This document shows, piece by piece, positions 50,224 to 62,488 of a stretch of DNA of 64,000 nucleotides (within the stretch, counting starts at the first letter, position 1; every line of letters starts with the position of its first letter). The stretch is from assembly GCA_046563655.1 (NCBI GenBank), contig CM102289.1:1674001-1738000 (forward strand), in the 5' to 3' direction. Below the pieces are notes generated by a model, which was not told the DNA's origin, ran no database searches, and saw only the letters and a list, made by a program, of their open reading frames with translations. A program made the translations under genes and the position numbers. The DNA comes from Yuukianura sp. NJ FZ-2021 (Eukaryota).

Positions 50224-51493
50224 TTAAAATGCTAAGAGAAGATTCGCAAGTGAGGCAATGACTACTTGAGACCAAATGAATAAAATGAATTCTTTTGTTT
50301 CAAAAGTAGAAAAACGTCCAATAGGAATGCACAGTGGTGTCATGCTCGTCCAAAATTTTGATTTGTATTTTGAGCAGGATTTTCTTGCTTGGTGACGAGC
50401 CATTTCAATTAAACTTTTAGATAAAATGTACTGATCAGTTGAAATGGACAAAATTAGAGCTGTACATGCTATTGCAACAAAATCGGCACTAACAATAGCA
50501 AAAACTATTGCAAGGGGATAGTCAGCGATGGCACGAATTGCAAAAAATGAGAAAACGACGATACTTGCCAAAATATTAATTACAAATACTGTAATCATAT
50601 GTCCAAAAGCAGCGTTAAATGATTCCCCAATTACTTTAATTTTCATATACTCCAATGAGTCTGGGCAAATTTTAGTGCCAAAGCAATTGCCTCGTTTATA
50701 CCGGCGTACTGCACTACAAACAAATCAAGAGATACAAAAAATATAAATTTATTTTAAAAAACTAACGGCAATAACTACAAGAGAAATTTTATTTGACCTA
50801 CCCGAGATCCTTTAGTCGTTGATTAGTAGTAAACAAATGCATAAACATCCAATGAAAGAGAGTAGCAACATTAACCACCGCATGACCCATGCCAACTGCA
50901 ATACTAGAGAAAGCAATAAATTGTAATACGATGAATAGCCCGACGTACGTGGTAGACTCCGGACTGCTGAGTAGTGAAGCAGTAACTGCCAGTATATTGT
51001 GAATTGTTGTGAACAGTCCAGGTAATGCCCAAGACATAGCGTATATAAATGGCAGTTCGATAAATGGATAAACTATTGATGCCGAGCATAAAAGGAAAAA
51101 TATCGTTTCAAAAGAGCGCGGTAATTTTCTGGATAGATGGAATTTGGTATTGAGAGTAATGTTTGCGAGGTTGATACAACGTTGTCGTGTACTTGGAATA
51201 AATAGGATCCATTGTGCCATATGCGTTATAATGAGGGCATTGCTTACACCAAAAGCAATTATTTTTTCAAATTTTGTCGCCGGGCCAACAACTGCTTCAT
51301 AGTACCAACACGTTATAGCTGTCCCAACAACAACCGTAGAAATAACTGCAATCCTGTTGTAAGCTAGCTTGTTTTTAGTGAGAACAATACTATCAGGCCG
51401 CCCTTCTCCAAAATGGTATGTTACCGGTACGTAGTGCATAAATTTTGTCCAACTATACATTAACCTTACCCACAAATTGGTTCGATCCAGCAT
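50224..51493 (-). CDS. R13: Gr-like 7TM protein (exons 51493-50802, 50713-50224; 393 aa)
   Basis: Paralogous; same intron; frame checked. Confidence 0.8.
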
Positions 51494-52223
51494 AATTTTT
51501 CGAGTCTTATGTAATCTTGAAAGAATAATTGGGTAATAGCGATAATACCAAGAAATACAACGAGTTAGCATTTCAAAGTTTTACTTTTGCAATGGATGTG
51601 TTGTAGATGTTTTTAAGCTTAAAGTCCACTTACATTTCTATCCTTCAAACAACTGTGTTTTTCCGTGGGTCCAAAATTAAATACATGCAAGCCTTTGAAA
51701 TCATAAAATGTTTCTTGTGTTTTTTAAAAACTTAAAACATTTTTAAAAGGAATGATATCGTAAATTGAAACTAAAAGTGTTTTTATTCCATAACGGTTTC
51801 AAACATTTCCAAAATCGATATAGTTTCTTACCAATCTGTTTCTAAGTCCAAAGGTCATCGAAAGTTAAGCATAAGTTCTGAAATAACAAGCTGTATGTCC
51901 TTGAATTGAAACCTTGCAATCTGAAACTCTGTGCAGACAGACTAAATCAGACGTTAAATTTTGTATCACACTATTCTAGATGTAGAACAATACGTTTGTT
52001 TACAAATTACATAGTACAGATTACACAGGAAGTAAATGCAGAAAAATTACAGTACATCTCATAAGAAACTCTACAAATTAAAAATTAAAAAAAAAACGTG
52101 CATTTCTTAATTCACAATTAGCGAAATGGTGCTTTAAATTTAAATGCATCAAAATTGATTAAATTATAAATTTAACTTTGATTTACTAAACGTGACATTC
52201 AAAATGCCGAATGAGTTATTATT

Positions 52224-53779
52224 CTAAAATGCTAAGAGGAGGTTTACAAGTGATGAAATAACTACTTGTGACCAAATGAACAAAATGAATTCTTTTGTCT
52301 CAAGGGTAGAAAAACATCCGACATCGATGCGTAATGGAGTCATGCTCTTCCAAAATTTTGATTCGTATTTTGAGCATGGTTTTGCTGCTTGATGAGCTAC
52401 TTTGATTAAACTTTTAGACAAAATGTAGTGATCAGTGGAAAAGGATAAGACAATTGATGTACATATTATTGCAACAAAATCAGCAACAACAATAACAAAA
52501 ACAATTGCAAGAGGATACTCGCTGGTGGCACGTATTGCAAAAAATGAGAAAACGACCATACCCATCAAAGCATTAGTTACATATACAGTAATTGTATCCC
52601 CAAAGGCTACCCCAAATGCTTTACCGACTACTTTAACTTTTAAATATTCAAATGTATCTTGACTGGTTTGAGATCCACAAAAATCGCCTTCTTTTTTTCC
52701 CCGTACTTCACTATAAAAAACACAATATAATCAAAATTGTATATTTATTTTAAATTTAATTTTAATGTTTAATTAAATTTATTTTATCAAAACTAAAAGC
52801 AGGACACTTTATATTCGACCAAGATTGGTAAACAACCAAACAAATTGTTTATTCTACACCAGGTTGTTCAATAACTCGACGTTTTTAATTTCCTCAAATA
52901 ATTTCCAAAACTTGTGTTGCCGTGCCTTCCAATGGTAATGATTTGTATACAATTTAATAGGAATTGGGGGAAAATTGGAGGGAAAAATTGTTTGCATGAA
53001 GATTTTGGCAAACCCCGAGTTGTTGAACAACCTGTTGTAGGAAATAAAATTGGTTGCTATAGCAACTTGTATTCGACCTACCCAGTCACGCAGAGATCCT
53101 TCAGTTTTTGCCTGGTTGTGAACAAATATGTGTAGATCCAATGAAAGTGGATATGAGCACTAACTGATGCATGACCCAACCCAACTGCAATAATAAAGAA
53201 AGCAGTAAATTTCAACACTTTGAATAGCCAGACATACGCGTTTGACTCCGGACTGCTGAATTGTGAAGCAGCAACTGCCAGTATATTGTGAATCATTGTG
53301 AACATCCCAGGCAATGCCCATGACATAGCATATACAAACGGCAAATATACAAACGAATACGATATTGAAGTCGAACAGAGTTGGAAACACATCATATCAA
53401 AAGAACGCGGTAATTTTCTGGACAAATGGAACTTGGTATCCAGGGCAACATTGGTGACGTTGATGCAAAGTTGTCGTGTATTTGGAATAAGTAGAATCCA
53501 TTGTGACGTATGCAGTATATTGAGGAAATTGTTTAGCCCAAAAGCAATTAATTTTTCAAATTTTGTCGTAGAACCAAAAACGATTTCGTAGTACCAATAT
53601 ACTATAAGTGTCCTAAAAGCAACCGCAGAAAACATCCCATACATTTTGTACACTGTGTTGTTTTTAATGTGAACAAGAGTATCTGGCTCTCCATGTCCAA
53701 AGTGGTATGTTACCGGTACGTAGCGCATAAAACTTGCCCAAGTATACATTAACTTTAGCCACAAATTGGTTCGATTCAT
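52224..53779 (-). CDS. R14: Gr-like 7TM protein (exons 53779-53082, 52710-52224; 394 aa)
   Basis: Paralogous; intron carries a MITE; frame checked. Confidence 0.8.
52820..53069 (+). mobile_element. CAAG-ended MITE, 250 bp, in the R14 intron
   Basis: CAAG...CTTG ends; perfect 8-bp TSD TATTCGAC (52812-52819, 53070-53077); inner ~25-bp inverted repeat ctacaccaggttgttcaataactcg / cgagttgttgaacaacctgttgtag. Confidence 0.9.
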
Positions 53780-54402
53780 TGTATTGCCTTTTATGCGCTA
53801 CTGGATGAAGAACTATCTATAGCGGTAGCACCAAGAAATGAGACAGGTTTGGCGTTTCACTGTTCTAGTTCAGCAATGAATCTGTTTTGCATGTTTTTTA
53901 ACTGAAATATGTGAGTCTATATTTCTTACTTTCAAAAAATGGTGTGTTACAATAGTCTATGATTAAATAAATTTTCGTCCATGCATTCATAAAACCTGTT
54001 TTTCTCCTTTTCCGTTACACCTAAATCATACTTTTTCTATATTCCTTTACACATAAAACATGCTTTCCAAAAAAAAAAACAATTTCCAGAATTACATTTT
54101 ACAATGGCCAACTTTTTACAATACATTTTGTCTTCCAGGGCGGCTAATATTAGGTTATGGAAAATTTCATACTTGAGCAAATACTGTTTTCCATCATGCT
54201 TGGGCATCCATTTAAAAAAATTGATGGTTTCTTTGCTAACTTTGAGTAAATCGCACGTTTTTGGAAGTTGAAAATGTTCTGCTAAAAATACATGCTAGAA
54301 GATTATGCAGAAACTTTTATTTCTAGTAAATTGTAGTCTGTGAGAGTGGTAATCAAAAACGGCAATTTCACATCGTGAAAGAAATGCTTCTAGTTTCCAG
54401 TT

Positions 54403-54530
54403 TTACTTTCAAAAATGATAATTAGTTAAAATTATATTAATTGATGTAATTTGATTTTTATGATGACATTTTTGACGATCGAGGGCAGAAGCTTGGTTGG
54501 GCATAGTGGCATCCACTCATAATTCTAACG
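54403..54530 (-). pseudogene. Decayed copy of the G8 3' end
   Basis: ataattagtt..gatttttatgatgacatttttgacgatcgagggcagaagcttggttgggcatagtggcatccactcat aligns with 32884-32990. Confidence 0.75.
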
Positions 54531-54845
54531 ACTCTAAAAGTTTCAGATTAAAAAAGAATGCAATGTATAATTGTATGCTGTAGGGTTTTAAAAGCAAAAC
54601 TCTTTCTGGTTCTAAATGAATAGAGAATGAAGTAAATGCATTTCAAAGTTTACTTTAGTTCATTTAAGTTTATTTAGTTAAGATTGACTAGAAGCCATAA
54701 GGAAGGGCATTGTACAAGGTAAGCTTATGAGTACGAGTATAAATAATAAACAATTTTGGCAGCTTGGTCAGTAATTGTCCATCCAGGAGTATGTTTAACC
54801 TAACAATAACTTTAAAAACCTAACATAACTTTATGAAATCTACTT

Positions 54846-57568
54846 TCAGCTGCTTATGTCTGTCCAGAAGAGGGGGAGTATCACAGATAATATGGGAGAG
54901 AGGGACAAGGGGAAGGAAGCACCGACGCCACTGGTCAACTTCTCAGCACACGGTCCTAAAATAATTATTTTAATTAATTATATTATATATTTAATTTTTA
55001 TTTATATATTATTAATATATTTTTAGCATACCTTGTGTGGTGAGGTTGAAAGCCCAGTTTCCCTCTATCCCTGGATTCATATTTTGGCGGCAGGATTCGC
55101 TACTACTGGAGACGCGCAAGCCCCCCTCTGATTCTGTGTAGACGAAACAAACTCGCCGAACCGCCGATCCGCCGGATCGACTCGTCGGAGATGCAATTAA
55201 GAATCCCGTTGGCCCTTCACGCCAACTTCCATGGCAAGCATAGGCTGCACAACAAAAATAATTTATATAATAATTAATTATAAAATGTAATAATTAATAA
55301 TAATATATAATAATTAATTATAATATGTACTAGTGTTGGAATGTACTTACATGTGATTGGTTCTTGCGTGGCACAAGTTGAAATAAACTCCATTCTGCCA
55401 CCATCGCCGCACCCCACAGCGAGCGCCTTGAAATCTCCCAAAGATCCTCCGCAACTATCCCGCACCACACGACCATCCGATGTGACTCCACTTGTCATGT
55501 ACTTGCCCAGCGATGGACAGCGATTTGACGACGCTGAAGCGCTGATCAGCGTAAGCCATCCGCGATTTGCAGTGGCCAAGTGACTCTCACATTTGGAATT
55601 CTCTGAACTCGATTCCAACTCTACTTCCACAACGTGTGAATCCCGTTTGAAGAAGTTGACACAAAAATATTCGCTTTTGCTAAAACACAATTCAAAAAAT
55701 TAACACAACTGAAATCTTAAAAATTTTTAAGAAGCGTTTGATTTTAGTTTTGTTACCATCCGTCAATGTGATGAGCCAAAACACGACTGTGGTGGGCAGA
55801 AACGTCGTGACGACTTGTGCATACGAGTCTTGAGCCACTTTTGAAAATGGCGGAAAACCGATTACCGGTTTGAGCACCAAACTGATTGCCGCCAGGAGAT
55901 TCTCGTCTGGCAGATTCCATGATGTGGAGTGTCGTGTTCTTGTGATGATGACTCCGAATGGACATGGTTCCATCCAGTTCTTGCCAGTGACGAGAAGTGA
56001 TCCAGTGGGGGAAGCTGCATTTAGGTCCTGGTTCAGTGGACACTGCAAAATATGACAAAAATTAGAAAAAATTGTTATCATTTGTAACAAATCTTTTGCA
56101 AATATTAAACAAAACAAAATGAAAATCGAAAACAAAGAAACTCACAGCTGCTTAAAAGTTTTATTAAAAAATAATGCAAGAAAGAAATAAACACAAAGAA
56201 ATAAAAAATAAAAGAAAGAAATAGAACAAGAAAGAAACAATAACCAAAGAAATAATTTTTCAAGCGTTTACTTTCTGTTGCCACAGCCTGTAGGATGCAA
56301 AACTTATGCTATTTTGTTATTTGTGTTACATTTTGTTAGGGTGAGAATTTGAGCGCCCTCGGTTGCTGACTGGATGCCTACGCAAGTAGCGTCTCCTGAC
56401 TGCGCAACTCGGTAGCCCACGACGACCAACTGCCCGTCCTTGTCATGCGCCTTGACACGGTCCCAGATAAAACATCGATATTTTTCTTCATAGTTGGAGC
56501 TGCCCAGAGGACTCTCCACTTTGCCCATCAAGTAGTGATTCGATCCTTCCCGCCAGTGAGCAAGACACTCCAACTCCTCAGCTAGATTTTAGAAAAAAGG
56601 TTAAAATATATTAAAAATAATTAATATGAATTAATTATTTCATATCACATTAGTCTTTTACTTTTGCTTTCGGTTTTCTCCACGTCCGGACAGGCTTGGA
56701 ATTTGAGTAACAGCCGGGACGAGTGCGTGCAAGCTTCGACTCGAGAAACAGGCATTTTGCATTCACCATGACCGCGGTTATAAGTCATGTTGAACGGTGC
56801 TCCACTAAAAATGAAGAAATGAATTCAATTTCAAATTTTTTGGACTTTTAATCTTCTTTTATACCGAAATGGGCATTCTTCTGCTTCTGCGTCGAGTCTA
56901 AACAGAGAGTAGAGCTGGGCATCTCCATTGATGGAACTGCAGAGATTCTCCAGCGAGTCCTTGTCCCACTCACAGTCTGGACCTGAATGTGGTAAAAGTA
57001 CAGTTTTAGTTTCGCCAAACTTTTTTTTTTTCAAAGCTGGTTTTTAGGCGCTTCTGACTGCGGTTACAAATTGAAGGGAGTGGTGAAAGCTAAGGTTGCT
57101 TTGAAGATGATGTTCTTGATGGAAAGTGCAGCCAAGCGTATGTTGCGGTAATTAGAGCAAGGAAGAAAGTCAACGCTGGAGTAAAAGTCATGGTTTATGT
57201 AGCTACCCGGTTTTTCAAAATTTACTTTCAAATGAAAAATTTCATTTGAACAAAAAAAGGCAACATTTTCCAAATGTTAAAAAATTTGTGAAAAATACAA
57301 AGTTTGGTAAGAGTTAGTTTTTGCAGCATTTTTCTTTAACTACTGTTAAATTTTGATAAATTTCAAATTCACTTGGGATAAGTTACGATTGAAGTTATGT
57401 TTTGAAAATAGTAATAGCTTAAGCGCCTATGTTTCCTAAAGTGACAAAAATCCATGGGTGTCACACCATAACGTAATTGAAAAAGAGCGGGAAACCTTAC
57501 TTTCTTTGTATTGAAGGACGTTGACATGTCGTTCATTTATTACCAAACATTTGTGACAGTTTGTCGCC
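54846..57568 (-). CDS. 3' part of a conserved Cys-rich extracellular, probably GPI-anchored protein (recalled as DUF7042/DUF7043-type). Exons 57568-57501, 56982-56865, 56804-56662, 56581-56330, 56042-55757, 55679-55351, 55244-55032, 54955-54846; 5' exons not located
   Basis: GT-AG exons join in frame: CHKCLVINERHVNVLQYKE, LCSSINGDAQLYSLFR..CPF, TYNRGHGEC, KFQACPDV, LECLAHWREG, RVAQSGDATC, YACHGSW, WAFNLT, then a hydrophobic tail and TGA. Domain name is from memory and unverified. Confidence 0.8.
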
Positions 57569-60500
57569 CTGAAAAGTAGAACGAAAAAACCAATTACACA
57601 AGAGCTAATATTGATTGATTCAAATTTGATGTGTACACAATTTCAATTTCAAAAAAATGTCTCTCCGAAGGAAAAAACTAAACTTTCCGCATGTCAACTA
57701 TAACAACTTTTTTCATTTCAACAAATTATGAAACATTTAACAGGTAAAATTCACTGTAAAATTCATTTTCACGTCAAAATTTTTTCCTGAAAACATGAAT
57801 TCCAAATCGGTACGGTGTCTTTTAATTTTCAAAGAAACAGGCATGTTAAAAATATTCAGAAATGCAAATTAATTTGTAAAGTAAAAAATTGTTTGTAGGG
57901 CCGATTTTCGAAAAAAAATTGTTTCGCATTTCGTAATTTTTTTTTGAAAAGCCACGTGACTCAGCTAGTTCTGCACCAGATGGAACATGTAAATGTTAAT
58001 TGTTTCCAGGGGTAAGTTAAGTCGGATGAGATCCGAATCCAATTCATTTGACTGATTGACGAGCGGGATAAGGGATGAAGAAGATGAGATTGCGGCGGAG
58101 GAAGAGAACAATGGAAATCCATCTTACTAATCCAATATACTTTTTGCATCTACCTAAGACATTTCCTGTGTATTTACTTTATTTGGAAGGTAACTAACAC
58201 AGAAAATGAAATGCACAAAGTCGGAAACATGTGTGTAGAGTTAGTGGTAAATCCCCAGAGTAGGAACAGAGAATCCATCAAATGGGATTTGTACTTTTGG
58301 AAATACTCAGAAAACGCCGTGGCAGATGGAAACTAGATTTCTTACTTTTCTAGAAATTCTACAACTTCCAGGATACTCCTTTCACATAAGCAATGATTGA
58401 TGGTACCTTTGGAATAAAAATGAGCTCAAGTCAGATGACTCAGTTAGCCTAAAGTAACATAAACTAAAGATTTACAACAAAACCAAACTGAAAGTAAACG
58501 TTTACAGCCGAATTTCAAAATTTAGCGGTCGAAATGGAAAAAAAAGTTTCATAAAAAAGTATAACACTATAAAAAATAATATCGTAATAAAAAAAATGTT
58601 GCGAAGAGAAACACAGGAAGAATTTTTCTCACGTTACCACAACAATTATTGTTGGGGTACCTTGAGAAGAAATTTTTTCGAACGCTGGAAGGTTTACATT
58701 AGGTTTTCATGATCCTACCTAAACTTTTTTTCTTAGGTGAGTTTCTTTCCGATTCTTTTTTTTGAAAAAGAACGTGAAATTTTAGAAAAGTGAATAAAAT
58801 CTCATCAAACTCAAAAGCAGAGAAGTCTAATTTCCCTTCACTGTCCGTTTTTTTTTTCAATGAAAAAGTATAAGTGCCAGTCTTCTGACTTCCTTTGATT
58901 TCTTTCCCCCTTCATTTCCTCTTTGGTCGTAATTCTAAAAAGTTCAAACTTTCTCTACGGGGAGTAACTTTTAAATTTTGGAACATTTTCAAACAAGGCG
59001 CTCTGTCTGAGGTTAGGTTTTTTGTGTGAGTGAGTAAGTAAGAGAAATGTCAAAACGAGATTTTCCAAAAGTAAAAACCCAAAATCTAATTCTGGCATTT
59101 TGAGAGCCCAAAAGTCCAAAATATTTTTATAGGCGGGAAGAATTCAATTAAGTTTCCATAACAGCCGCAGTTGGAAACGGAAAAGTAAAAGTTGGGAAGG
59201 TTTGAGGTTGAGGTTTCGGAAACCTCAGGTATGCTTAACGTTACCAAAAGCGTCTGTGCTTTAATCAACCAAAAATTCATTTCACAATTTTACACAAATC
59301 TGCGTTTGGCACTTTTCAAATTTATTGAGTTACAAGCACAAACGTAAGGTAAAAAAAAACACAAGTCAATTTCTTTCGGAAAAGTTTCATAAGTTAGGAA
59401 AAAATTAAAATTTTGTGTTCAAAAGCTCCTTAAAGCAAACTTCGAAGAGTGTCGCTCTGACCCTCTTTGCGTAAAACCAAATCTCGATTAGTTTCAAAAA
59501 TTTGTGTCAAATTCCATAGTTTCTTATCATTCTTATTATATATACACGACAGGGTTTGAAAATTTCAACATGAAAACTAAAAAACTTACGGTTTTCACTT
59601 TTTTTTTCAATTTGGACTGGTTTTTTAGCTCAATTTAGACAAAAATTTGAAATCAATTTTAGTTGTGACAGAAACAAATGACTTTGGTCTCGCTACGCGC
59701 TTCTGCGATTCTTATTCTGGGTTCTCCCGTTTTTAAAAAAATGGACTCGGCTACTTTCTGTAAATCTTGTTTAAAAATTTTCGAAATTGAAAAGAAGAAT
59801 GGAGTTGGAGGAGAAGAGGGAGCTGCTGTAACTCGTAAGTTAATTAGAGCGGGAGGAGATAAAAATTGAATTTGAGTTAAATAAGGGAAATGGAAGATTT
59901 CGCTTGGAGGCAAATCGACATTCATCTTCCCACAAGGAGAAAGTGATGAGAATATATTAGCATTCCGCAACTCATCACCACCCAACAAGGCAATCATGGG
60001 GATTCGGAGCAGGGGGGGGGGTTGTGCGTACCCCCCCCCCCCACCAAATTATCCAAATTATCATTACTCATACTACCACTTTTCCCTCTCAACCCCCCCC
60101 CCCTCTTACCTCTCCGCCCCCAACTACTGGCCAAATGTATTCTTTCACTGCCCAAACTAATTTTTTATATTCCTTTTTAGTTGTAAAGTATTTTAAACGC
60201 CTTTTTTAAAAAAGAGATCACGATGAATTGGAAGCCTTTTTTGAATAAAAATGGAACAAAGAGAAGCTAATTTCAAGGTTCAGACAAAAAAAGAAAAAGT
60301 TTAATTAGAATTTCACCCTACACTTGGTTTTTCCTTGTTCTCCGATGGACTTGTACAAAGAAAAAAAAGGAAATTGAAGCTACTCATTTTTTCCATTATT
60401 TTCTTCAAAGACTCCAAAAAAGAAGCAAGAAAAGAAGGAAATTGAAAAGTTAGTTCTGCTCTACCGTAAAAATGTACAACAAAGAAAATTGTTTCACATT

Positions 60501-61647
60501 TTTCCTACACAGTTTCAAAGAAAAAAGAAATTCAGTTTGAAAAAATCAGGGCAGTGAATATGTTATGCTCCGAAAAAAGTCAAATTAGTCAACTCGAAGC
60601 ATAACACGAGGAGATGTGGAACGATGAGCAAACGCCAAATGGCTGCTCCTCCTCCATTTTGATGATGAGGCGGTAATTTTCAAAATTTTGAAAACCTAAG
60701 GAGGCGGAGTTTTCAAATCACTTTCTACCAGAAATTATTAGTTTTGGTGGAAATGAGAAATTTTTGTGATTGGAAGTTAGCTTGTTCCATAAATGTCTCC
60801 GAATCCTCCTTCTTTTACTTCCGGCGGCGGGAAAAGATTGAACGGAGCAAAGCAGAAAAAAGTCGAGGTGAGCAAATGAGATTTTACGATAATTTTTTTC
60901 AGAATGGCGCAAATCACAAATTTTCTGCCTTGTCAGTTTTTCAAAAAATCAAACCAAATTCATAATTTCAAAGTGGCTATCCTATCTTCACTGATTTCGT
61001 GTGTCTATTTACAATGTTATGCTGTTTTCCCGGTTTCAATTTTTTCTTTTCAGTTTTTGTCGTTCTTAAAAAAAAAATTCTAAAAAGTGTAATCTTGACA
61101 TGAGATGTGTGAATGACTTTGAAGGAAAAGGAAATTACCCTTTTTCCTAGATTGCTTTTTTCAAGTGAATTGCATGCAGTTAATACTTGACAAAAGTGAA
61201 ATTTATAATTTAAGCAATTCAAAATGAAAACCAAACTTTGTTAAAAAGAAATTCGAAAGATTTTGGAGTACTAGTTCGAATAAAATTTGCAATTTTGGAA
61301 AATTTAAAAAAACAATGAAAACAAAATGAGTCACTTTTGTTGCATTGCTTGAGGGTGAGAGGATCATAATGTTTCTATTATGCGGTACTTTAGTTTTATG
61401 AAATAGTGGACAATACACAGGAATGTTCTGGGGGGAAAGTCAAGTGACCTGTGGTGAAAACCTTAGTTGAAAAGTAGGCATAAATCCATTTGTGTGTGAA
61501 ATGACCAGACAGAGGGGTCATGGGCAGTTGACCTCCCACAGACATGGGACAGCCAAGAGGCTTCAGTTTTATTTCAAACTTATCCAAAACGTTCAACAAA
61601 CAAAAATATGGGCAAGGCACACTTATTCTACGAAATTGGTTTTAGTT

Positions 61648-61897
61648 CAGGGTTAGCCAGTTCAGTTTTTAGGAAAGTCGGGCATTCAGTTTAAATTTTT
61701 GGAACAATTTTATGACATGATAAAGAAATTTTTTGAAAATGACGACGAGAAGTTAGCGTTGTTGGGTTACGTTCTGGCAGGGGTTAGAATTAGAGCAGAC
61801 CAAAGTAAAATTTTATTTTTGAGTGTCAGTTTTTCAAAATACCCGGGGATACCCATGGGTATTTTCCATAAGGCGTCCGACTAACCCTGCCAGGAAA
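61648..61897. mobile_element. Possible degenerate hAT-like MITE
   Basis: CAGGGTTAG (61648) and CTAACCCTG (61881-61889); also ttctggcaggggttag (~61772) inverted against 61881-61897; no TSD. Confidence 0.35.
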
Positions 61898-62488
61898 AGT
61901 CGAGCGCTGCTCATGGATTGAGGATGAATCATTGTTCTTGTGCCTTAAAGCTTGGAGAGAGAGGAAGGCTAGTCTCCTGCTGCTACGTTGGGATAAGGGC
62001 AAGAAAAACTTTTAAATTTTCCCGCCTGCTGCGAGAGTTGAGCAGAGGGCTGGAGGAGAGATGAGATAGATTCCAAACGTCAATTATAGGCGAGTTTAGG
62101 GTAGGGATTTATTGAGAAAAGGCCAAAAATCCTGTCTATGTTCAAACTACGCGCTTTTGTGTACGCTACACTCCAACGTCCCCCTTCACTGATAAATTAC
62201 CTCATTTAGAATTGAGCCAATCTTCGCTTTCCCTTTGTACTTTCGACAGCACAAAACATAAAAGCAAACGGCTCCTTCAAACCACACGCAGAAAGTTTTC
62301 AATAAAAAAAAGTCACCAATTGAAAAACTAACTTCATTAGGTGTAGCGTTTGAACTTTCAAAATACCCGATTTTATCAAAAACATTCCTGAAATTTCGAT
62401 AAATATTCAGGTTTCGGACAACAAATTTCGCCCGTTGGTTTCATTGAGGAGCTTTTTGTCATCCCTGCTTTACATCCAAATTTTTAAA

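Noticed and set aside
19094..53591. Recurring plus-strand ORFs antisense to receptor exon 1 (MNSPGNAxDIAY...)
   Set aside because: They are shadows of the paralogous minus-strand coding sequence; starts and lengths vary and most use non-ATG starts.
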